Source of the DNA: Planctomycetota bacterium
GTDB taxonomy: Bacteria; Planctomycetota; MHYJ01; JACQXL01; JACRIJ01
Length of the DNA: 64,000 bases
NCBI GenBank assembly: GCA_016220095.1
Contig: JACRIJ010000104.1
Span: forward strand, 1,763 to 65,762
Direction: 5' to 3'
The translations under genes and the position numbers were made by a program. Under the pieces are notes generated by a model, which saw only the letters and a program-made list of their open reading frames with translations, ran no database searches and had not been told where the DNA came from. Position 1 is the stretch's first letter. Each line of letters opens with the position of its first letter. Below, piece by piece: positions 10,601 to 17,472 of the stretch.

Positions 10601-12013
10601 TTGGATATTGTTGTTATTGATCTTGACCTTGATACGGATATTGATAGAGATGGCTTGGTTACAAACGCTGATGAATTGGATGAAGTATCTCAAGGTACCA
10701 TAGTTATTGCCAACAAAGAAGAAGTATATGCCGATCCGGTTGAACCGGCAAGAAGAAGAGAAGTTGTTCTGAAATTGGTTGCTCCAAAAGACAGCGGCAT
10801 TACCAAGGCAAAGATAACCCGGAGTTCCGACAAAGTCAAACTGTTTGATGCGCCGAAGAACGGCAATGAATTGTTTGGTAATGTTAATGTCGTATATCTT
10901 GCTCCATCCCCGCTTTCCTATTGGTTAGAGGGCGGCGCAGGCGCAAGTTTAGGCGTTCGGAAGGACAGCCTGACTGCAGAGGCACCGGACGAAAGCGTCA
11001 AAGATGAATTTGCAATTACAGTTATATGGGTTGACATATCGGGAAATGCAAACAGTGCTACTATATTGAGAAAACCTCCTATATATGATGGGGAACAAAA
11101 TACAATTAACATTACAGGTCATAACAATTTAGGAGTGCATGCAAATACTACCCCTGCCTTTAGCGGTAAAATGATTCATGGGTGTATCGAAATTAAAGGA
11201 TCAATACTTCCTAACGATACTAATCAAAATAGTTGGAATAAAAAGATCACGAATGGCTTTATTGATGGTACCATTCAACAGCTTGCAAAGGCAAATTTTG
11301 GCTTTATTTTTAGAAGATTTGCAACTTACAAACAATATATTAATGGTAAAGAAACGACTGGCAACAAAACCGACCGTACTGATGATTCTTTTCGTGACTG
11401 GCAAGATGTTGACCCGGATAAAGAAAAAAACGAAGTGCTCATTATTGATTCAGATGGCCCGTCAATGAAAATTGTAGCAGATGCATTTTTTCGACATGTA
11501 CGATATGATTTTATTGAATACAACGTTTTTAATTACGAGAACCAGCGGCCTGAAAGGTGTTCAGAAAAGCTGGAGTGGGCTTTCTCGGGAGATGCCGGAA
11601 CGAATTATGATGGAAAGATTGTATTCATTCGTGACAAACAAAACAATAATGACGCGAATGATATAAATGAAGTTGTTGTTGGCAAACACATAGCTAATTT
11701 AAACATTGGCATTCCCAAAGCTAATTTAACAGACGCAAAAACTGCCGCAGGGGATAAGAAAATCATACGTAACACTTCTATTGAAGTTACAATCACTGGG
11801 ACGGACTTGTGTGGTGAATTCATTTTGACAAATGGCGTAACGGAAATCAAGGCATTAAGTGTTAAAGTCAAAGCAATAGGTGATTTTAGCGATACGACTG
11901 AAGCCAAAGCGGTTTTCAACACAACCGGGCCTGTCGGACCAGGTTATAAATTAATGATACGAAATGAGGCTGGCGATTCAAACGAAATCGCTGGTTTTGA
12001 AGTTATCAACTGA
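7673..12013 (+). CDS. Large secreted protein: N-terminal FG-GAP/VCBS repeats, Ig-like repeats, a PAD-middle-like Ca motif and an unknown C-terminal domain
   Basis: Signal/anchor; GDVNND, GDINKDGYND, ADVNADSYPD repeats; DLDLDTDIDRDGLV motif. Confidence 0.75.
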   Translation: MNNRVNISTVFAIIILAILSSVIVCGNSSGPKDETIAQPASSPLTDSKPHFLNDIISAVASPVISIKKGDVNNDNAEDILLSTLNNEVFSIINQQDGTYVAKNITPPPASNLTTNYKLPSHTQNPSKTEFDSIPPIKKPQLTCFDTGDINKDGYNDLITAYAGIDTDTCDTPVKILTGNSTGDYTNITASALPFLDIPVPVRIKLADVNADSYPDIIITSPGKAKIDPYGIKTVDQRKNYVLTNSGTGKFTDNTVELFGLDFADTPAIDIQTGNFDEDGQTDLLLLSPQGNIVYIRNSAGIFAGVSYNKPVVPSFVEDKTVVTDIDNNGKKDVLKIDRGKIAIIYNPPDGMFQKPLTQNGDKQSTAFFSPWQYNITGPNGKDYAAITQIGQVVYFELDSILPDYVYGNIKVKFDPARLRCISIEEDPNNWYGFWTWWTPATGMPEYGGGGTYYNYDDNGKGSDWAQTWVSWYGPGHAGPVGTYDNATGVIRLYTSTPAGYSYTSPLRIGFEVLQTGLTEFSVQSNDFTAYDWQNLDAGWQSSVEIVQLDQCITNEDAGKNVRVKICGPAQASPGERYIIATWGQLIAPQWSPGWNIYAYELYENGILIDGNGFNWGETKSGSYDFTKTQPGSYTYMFRMGDRNGAHGYTWVEASLTVVVGTPVTIFADEFVPIDTAGATAELYADVQPPSLLDGATYYWRIASGPGGVFTETSSQTSEFIPNDIGVTTVEFVLQTAGGTEYIAGTDITAWDLVITNADIITTLSKPLAQSASNNILQEPSNGNEISEAVIAVNEEQYKNLNIFSIDFGDYKNFTFFTDSANTDIVKIDIDKTTIPPTLKIKGLKKGGATIYVRVTDPETHSDTTTTVLKVFVIGSTSSDTGNGIGQNQITIVPDTKYLKTGETRNYKAYKIVEGKAQLATKGIKWELTPKNGAATMTEYPNDTSTVTINGNNVGNCNLKCNGSAGVQQKEPEKGKGLDIVVIDLDLDTDIDRDGLVTNADELDEVSQGTIVIANKEEVYADPVEPARRREVVLKLVAPKDSGITKAKITRSSDKVKLFDAPKNGNELFGNVNVVYLAPSPLSYWLEGGAGASLGVRKDSLTAEAPDESVKDEFAITVIWVDISGNANSATILRKPPIYDGEQNTINITGHNNLGVHANTTPAFSGKMIHGCIEIKGSILPNDTNQNSWNKKITNGFIDGTIQQLAKANFGFIFRRFATYKQYINGKETTGNKTDRTDDSFRDWQDVDPDKEKNEVLIIDSDGPSMKIVADAFFRHVRYDFIEYNVFNYENQRPERCSEKLEWAFSGDAGTNYDGKIVFIRDKQNNNDANDINEVVVGKHIANLNIGIPKANLTDAKTAAGDKKIIRNTSIEVTITGTDLCGEFILTNGVTEIKALSVKVKAIGDFSDTTEAKAVFNTTGPVGPGYKLMIRNEAGDSNEIAGFEVIN

Positions 12014-12031
12014 AAAAACAGGGGGTATAAT

Positions 12032-12622
12032 ATGATTAAGAAAAACTATTTGTTAACAATTTGTGTAATATTGCTTATTATGGCCTTCTTTTCATATGCG
12101 CAAGATAACAAGGTAACTATGGATACCGCAAAAATACTTGAAAATTACAAGGAAAGTTGTGATGGCCTTAAATTATTGATTCAAAGTCCAAACGCTTGGG
12201 AAAAAGCATGTTTTGATGAAGACGAAAAAAAAGCAAACAAATTAATTGCCAATCTTGATATTATAGCAAATCTTAAAATTGAAGGAATAGAAAATACACT
12301 TGTTGAAAAGATTAACTATTCTCCCTTTCATGAAACAGAACATGGATTTATGCAGCGCGAACAAGAATTCCCTGTTTATGCCACTCTTTGCAAAATGAAC
12401 CTTGGAGCTATTGACCCACTTGTCAAGTTTATAAAACTGAATAGTTATAAAGATAAACAAGTCCCTGTGGTTCTTTCGGTTAGATGCGTTGTTAAAATTT
12501 ACGACAAGGGCGGATTTGGCAAGGAAATGGCAAAAAAGAGGCTGGAATTAGAATTAGAAAAGGCGACTGAACCAGAAAAAGTTAATATTAAAAAAGCTTT
12601 AGAACTGATTGATTCAGAATAA
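12032..12622 (+). CDS. Secreted helical hypothetical protein, probable partner of the upstream protein
   Basis: Signal peptide (FSYA-Q); AT-rich; 18 bp after the upstream stop. Confidence 0.7.
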   Translation: MIKKNYLLTICVILLIMAFFSYAQDNKVTMDTAKILENYKESCDGLKLLIQSPNAWEKACFDEDEKKANKLIANLDIIANLKIEGIENTLVEKINYSPFHETEHGFMQREQEFPVYATLCKMNLGAIDPLVKFIKLNSYKDKQVPVVLSVRCVVKIYDKGGFGKEMAKKRLELELEKATEPEKVNIKKALELIDSE

Positions 12623-12640
12623 AAATTATCAATTTCGCTA

Positions 12641-12677
12641 AAGGGTTTTTATAATGCGAGCACTGCGAAAAACCCTT
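12641..12677 (+). terminator. Stem-loop after the FG-GAP operon
   Basis: aagggttttt ... aaaaaccctt inverted repeat. Confidence 0.4.
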
Positions 12678-12765
12678 CAATTCCATAGTTTACTGACGGG
12701 CTACCTTCTTTTTTCAAGTCTTATTCTTTGCAAAAACCGGTATATTTTATATAATAAATATTAAT

Positions 12766-14031
12766 ATGGATTTTATTAAAAAAACATTGCAGGAATTGTC
12801 TCAGAATGGGCTTTTGCGGATTCCCAAAGTGATTTCCGAAATACACGGCGCGGAAATCGTTATTGGCGGCAAAAAATACGTCAACTTCTGCACCAATGAT
12901 TACCTCGGCCTGGGACAGTCCGCGGAGGTTCGTAATGCGGCCGCAAAGGCAATTAAAAAATTCGGCTGGTCCACGGCTTCCGCACGGACACTTTCGGGCA
13001 CTACGGTATGGCACGAGGCGCTTGAACAAAAAATAGCGCGTTTCAAACGCACGCAATCCGCTATGCTGTTTACGTCCGGCTATACGGCCAATATCGGCGT
13101 TTTGTCAGCCCTTGCCGGCATGCCGGGATCGTTCATTGCCGCGGACGAATCCAACCATGCCAGCCTGATTGACGGTGCGCGGCTCTCAAGGGCGAAGGTA
13201 TATGTCTATAAGCACAGGGATATGGATGATCTGGAAAAAGGCCTGCGCAGGAACCGCGGTTGTAAGAATAAATTTATCGTTACCGATACCGTGTTCAGCA
13301 TGAACGGCGATATCGCGCCGTTGAAAGACATCGTACAACTTGCGCGCAGGTACGGCTGTTACGTGATAGCCGACGAGGCACACGGCACGGGCGTGCTTGG
13401 AAAAAACGGGAGAGGCGCGGCGGAATTGCTCGGCGTGGAAAAGGACATCTCGGTTTCCATCGGAACCTTGAGCAAGGCGTTCGGGTCAATAGGCGGTTTT
13501 GCGGCGGCGGATGGGGAAATAATTGATTTCATACGCAACAAGGCGCGGCCTTTCATATTTACGACGTCATTTCCCGTGCCGGTATGCGCCGCGGGAATAG
13601 CGGCCATTGAGACGGCTGAGAGAAAACCCGGTCTACGTAAAAAACTGATGGCAAACGCGATTTATTTAAGAAACGCCTTAAGCGAAATAAAAAACAAAAA
13701 TGAAAAATGGAAAATGAAAAATGAAGAACGTCGTCCAAATCCCGGGTCCCGGATTCCGGACGACGTCCTTGCTTCTTCGTCTTTCCTTTTTCCACCTTCG
13801 GCAAGGACTCCGGGCTTCGGACACCAGACTCCAATCATACCCGTTGTGATAGGCGATAATGAGAGGACGCTGAAAATGGCGAATCATTTATGGGAAAATG
13901 GCATTTACACACCGGCCATAAGGCCGCCTACGGTACCGGAAAAAATGAGCCGCCTGCGGATAACCGTAACGGCAATGCATACCAAAAAACAACTTGAGAA
14001 ACTTATACAAAGCATACAGAATGCAAAATGA
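12766..14031 (+). CDS. bioF: 8-amino-7-oxononanoate synthase (class II PLP enzyme) with an in-frame repeat-derived insertion
   Basis: NDYLGL, NHASLIDG, DEAHGTG, GTLSKAFG, AIRPPTVP. Confidence 0.88.
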   Translation: MDFIKKTLQELSQNGLLRIPKVISEIHGAEIVIGGKKYVNFCTNDYLGLGQSAEVRNAAAKAIKKFGWSTASARTLSGTTVWHEALEQKIARFKRTQSAMLFTSGYTANIGVLSALAGMPGSFIAADESNHASLIDGARLSRAKVYVYKHRDMDDLEKGLRRNRGCKNKFIVTDTVFSMNGDIAPLKDIVQLARRYGCYVIADEAHGTGVLGKNGRGAAELLGVEKDISVSIGTLSKAFGSIGGFAAADGEIIDFIRNKARPFIFTTSFPVPVCAAGIAAIETAERKPGLRKKLMANAIYLRNALSEIKNKNEKWKMKNEERRPNPGSRIPDDVLASSSFLFPPSARTPGFGHQTPIIPVVIGDNERTLKMANHLWENGIYTPAIRPPTVPEKMSRLRITVTAMHTKKQLEKLIQSIQNAK

Positions 14032-14139
14032 AGAATGAAGGACGTCGTCCAGTACTCGGGATCCTCCATGCAGCAATACCGGTATATGGCACGTTTAAAC
14101 AGGCCGCAGGCCGCGAAAAATGGGTTACAGAGTCGTTAT

Positions 14140-14155
14140 TGGCATAAATATTGCA
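14140..14155 (+). promoter_or_regulatory. Sigma-54 (-24/-12) promoter upstream of the cytochrome cluster
   Basis: TGGCAT-AAATA-TTGCA matches TGGCAY-N5-TTGCW. Confidence 0.75.
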
Positions 14156-14471
14156 TATATAGTAGACAGAATAAGTCGTTATAAGAAGGATGAGAGGTTC
14201 GGTGCCATGACATAATCGGCACAAAACGTAAAATGCGTGTATAACACATTATAATTCAATGCGTTATGTGTCAAACATGTCCAAACGTTCTTCAGCTTTT
14301 ACAATAAGCATCAATTATTAGACAGTTTGCATATTAACTCCATAGGACTTTTGGGGCATTTAACCCAGCGGTATTGGGTCTTTTGACCCAGTTTGGGGTA
14401 AAGCAAGAGTAAGAATGTTTTGATTTTTCCGAGAAATAGAAATTTTCAATGTTTTTTTAGGAGATGTTTCA

Positions 14472-15443
14472 ATGTTTACACAGAAATGGCTTTGGGGAAT
14501 TGGGATGCTCATTCTTGTGCTCGTATTTGCCACGCCTTCATTTGCTATGGTGCATGGCGCCGGCAATCTTGTATGCTACAAATGCCATACAATGCACGAT
14601 AGTATCGGCGGTGCTGATGTAGGTGCGGTAGGTCCGCAGGCGAATTTGTTGAGAGATGCCGGTACGGATCTCTGCCTGTCATGCCACAACGGTTCGTGGA
14701 ATGGCGGGGAACCTAATGTGTACAACGTTGGTGTTGACGAAGAAACGCCGGCTGGCGATTTCTACAGAGTTCGTTCAGCGGGCGGAGATTCCGGTTTGGG
14801 ACACAATCCCGTCGGAACGAACATTGCCGTTGACGGAACTTTGGCAACAGCGCCAGGCGGAACGTTTGCTTCTGCCAACCTGACATGTACGTCCTGTCAC
14901 GATGCCCACGCGACAGACGCCACGAAGTTTTTCGCGTATCGCAATCTGCTAAAGACGGTAAATACCGTGGATGTTAGTACGACAATAGGTTCAGGCAATG
15001 CGCAGGAAGCGGATGTTTATGACGAAGGCACAAACACCAATAACGCCATTTCCAACACGAATAAAAACGTGTACAGGACCGGTGCGGGACAATTTGGCGC
15101 GTGGTGCGGTACGTGTCACGGCTCATTCCACGGTGATGCATCCGATACGGATATTTATACCGGCGGTAAGTGGATCAGGCATCCTACGCATACGAACCTT
15201 ACCGCAGCTATGGTGACAAATTACAATGCGGTCAATACCAATTACATTTATACTTATCCGGTGCTTGACGGCGCAGGAACACTGACCGTTGCCGGCACAA
15301 GGGCAGTTGCCGCAACCGATAAGGTATTCTGCCTTTCATGCCACAACGCGCATACGAGCGCCAATGCAAACGCATTGAAGTGGAATTACGTTGATCAGTC
15401 AATAGCCTCGGATACAGCTTGCAACATGTGCCACGATAAATAA
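14472..15443 (+). CDS. omcS: OmcS-family hexaheme cytochrome c (candidate nanowire subunit)
   Basis: Signal peptide; six CxxCH; motifs colinear with G. sulfurreducens OmcS as recalled (CHTMHxSxGGA, TPxGDF, GHN, TAPGGT, AYRxL, WCxxCHxxxH, RHP, CLSCHxAH, terminal CNxCH). Confidence 0.85.
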   Translation: MFTQKWLWGIGMLILVLVFATPSFAMVHGAGNLVCYKCHTMHDSIGGADVGAVGPQANLLRDAGTDLCLSCHNGSWNGGEPNVYNVGVDEETPAGDFYRVRSAGGDSGLGHNPVGTNIAVDGTLATAPGGTFASANLTCTSCHDAHATDATKFFAYRNLLKTVNTVDVSTTIGSGNAQEADVYDEGTNTNNAISNTNKNVYRTGAGQFGAWCGTCHGSFHGDASDTDIYTGGKWIRHPTHTNLTAAMVTNYNAVNTNYIYTYPVLDGAGTLTVAGTRAVAATDKVFCLSCHNAHTSANANALKWNYVDQSIASDTACNMCHDK

Positions 15444-15470
15444 CGTGCAAAAGAAAAATTTATGAATAAC

Positions 15471-15516
15471 ACAACAGCACCAAGATTGGAAAAACCTTTT
15501 GGTGCTGTTGTTTTTT
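15471..15516 (+). terminator. Rho-independent terminator after the omcS-like gene
   Basis: 13-bp stem ACAACAGCACCAA/TTGGTGCTGTTGT followed by a T-tract. Confidence 0.8.
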
Positions 15517-15574
15517 ACAGGGGTAATCCCCAAAATGGATATTGTTCCCAAAAGCATAAACCACGCTTAAAAAC

Positions 15575-16495
15575 ATGAAAAAACTTATAAAAACAGCAGT
15601 ATTATTAATTATGATGGCGGCCGTCGTATTTGCCGCCGAACGGCCCGGGGTTGTTTTCGTTCTTACAAAAGAAAAAAACAAGTTCAAGCAGTTATCCGCA
15701 ATGATGGTTTTCGCAAAGGACAAGGAAATCTACTTATGCGATTCCGAGGCCCAGAACATAAGGATATTTACGTTTGACGGCGCCGAGCAGACATGGTTTT
15801 CCGTCAAAAGACCCGCAGGTGTAACGAGAGATTCCGGTGGAAACTTTTATGTCCTTGAAACGGACGATAACGGGAGTAATTTTATAGGCATATACGATAA
15901 TAAATTTCAGAAAAAAAATTCCATAAAAATAACCGATTCGCCTTTTCCGCCAACCGAAAAATTCAGCCAGATTGCGATTGATAATGACGATAAGCTTTAC
16001 ATAACCGACGAAGGCAATAAAGTTGTCCTGACGGTGTCGGTGGATGGGAAATACCTGCGGCATTTCGGAAAATTTCCTCAGGAGGAAAACGGCAAGACAC
16101 TTCCGTCGATATCGGACATATGTGTTGACGGGCAAAACAAGAAACTCTATATTGCGGACGCAATTTCCTCTAAAATATACGTTTATAAACTAAACGGCAA
16201 ATATCTTTTTGAATTCGGCAAAGGCGGCGGCATTATGGGCGAACTCAGCCAGCCCTGCAGTGTGGCCGTGGATGCCGACGAAAACGCTTACGTGCTTGAC
16301 AAAATGCGTCACACCGTTATTGTTCACGACAAGGCAGGCAAATTTATTTACGAAATAGGCGGCAAGGGCGAGGCAGAGGGATGGTTTTATTTTCCGAGAT
16401 ATATAGCGATAGACCCCGATAAAAATCTTTATGTACTTGAGAGCATGATTAACAGGTTCCAGGCGCTGACGATTGAAAAGAAAAATGAAAAATGA
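15575..16495 (+). CDS. Periplasmic NHL-repeat beta-propeller protein
   Basis: Signal peptide; GELSQPCSVAVD and GWFYFPRYIAID NHL repeats. Confidence 0.85.
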   Translation: MKKLIKTAVLLIMMAAVVFAAERPGVVFVLTKEKNKFKQLSAMMVFAKDKEIYLCDSEAQNIRIFTFDGAEQTWFSVKRPAGVTRDSGGNFYVLETDDNGSNFIGIYDNKFQKKNSIKITDSPFPPTEKFSQIAIDNDDKLYITDEGNKVVLTVSVDGKYLRHFGKFPQEENGKTLPSISDICVDGQNKKLYIADAISSKIYVYKLNGKYLFEFGKGGGIMGELSQPCSVAVDADENAYVLDKMRHTVIVHDKAGKFIYEIGGKGEAEGWFYFPRYIAIDPDKNLYVLESMINRFQALTIEKKNEK

Positions 16496-17456
16496 CTCGG
16501 GTATAGAAAAAATTATAATGGTTTTGTTGATGCAGGCTTTCTTCCTCGGAAGCATTGTTGCGGATCAGCCGCCGGATGCCGGAAAGCGTCCGGTACAAAT
16601 ACGGTTTTCGTATTCCATAGACGGCTACAGCCGGAACATGCCGTTCAATTCACCCGCCGCATTCTGCCTTGACGAAAAACATAACGAACTGCTGATAGCC
16701 GATACCGGCAATAATGCGATAGGCATTTTTGCCGCGGATACCGGCGAATACAAAGGCCGGCTTGATTCCGCCGTGCCCCTGCAGGCCCCTTGCGGCATAG
16801 CAATAGACGCTGAAGACAGTATTTACGTCGCCTGCAGTGACAGTTCCGTGATAGAGATATTTGATTTTAAAGGCACAAATCTGGGCGGCATAGACGTCTC
16901 AGGCGCCGGGCAGAAAACGCCCGTAAAGCCCGGCAAACTTTACTGGGATGGTTTGGCGGAAGAGCTTTATGTGATTGACCGCGCCAACCAACAGGTGCTT
17001 ATCTGCAAGGACAGGAAAGTCTGGCAGAAAATACAGCCGCTTTCCGCGGATGCCGCCGGCAATGCGGATTGGAAGAATGCCCCCATGTTGCAGGATATTG
17101 CCGTAGATGACTGCGGAAAAATATACGTAATCAGTTCCATCGGCAATGCGGTTGCCGTTTTTGACCGCAATGGAAGTCCTGTAACGTCTTTCGGCAGGCA
17201 CGGCGATACGGCGGATACGGTTTCTTTTCCTGTAGCTGTTTCTATTGATAAAAAAAACCGTTTATGGATAATAGATAACTTCCGCCATTGCATCACTGTA
17301 TTTGACGCCCAGGGGAAATACATAACGGCCTGCGGCGCGTACGGGGCCGATCATGGAAACTTGTTTTTCCCGGTGGATATAATAGTCAAGGATGGCGCGC
17401 TGTACGTTCTTGAAAAAGGCGCGGAACGGGTGCAGGTTTTTGCGATTGTAGAGTAA
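16485..17456 (+). CDS. Periplasmic NHL-repeat beta-propeller protein
   Basis: FNSPAAFCLD, IADTGNN, VSFPVAVSID and LFFPVDI repeats. Confidence 0.85.
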   Translation: MKNDSGIEKIIMVLLMQAFFLGSIVADQPPDAGKRPVQIRFSYSIDGYSRNMPFNSPAAFCLDEKHNELLIADTGNNAIGIFAADTGEYKGRLDSAVPLQAPCGIAIDAEDSIYVACSDSSVIEIFDFKGTNLGGIDVSGAGQKTPVKPGKLYWDGLAEELYVIDRANQQVLICKDRKVWQKIQPLSADAAGNADWKNAPMLQDIAVDDCGKIYVISSIGNAVAVFDRNGSPVTSFGRHGDTADTVSFPVAVSIDKKNRLWIIDNFRHCITVFDAQGKYITACGAYGADHGNLFFPVDIIVKDGALYVLEKGAERVQVFAIVE

Positions 17457-17472
17457 TTTTGTATCTGCGTGT

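Noticed and set aside
14087-14103. Second sigma-54 site TGGCACG
   Set aside because: No TTGC at the -12 position (reads AACAG)
14165-14471. GEMM (c-di-GMP/cGAMP) riboswitch as found upstream of Geobacter omcS
   Set aside because: I could not find the GEMM consensus by eye; a covariance search is needed
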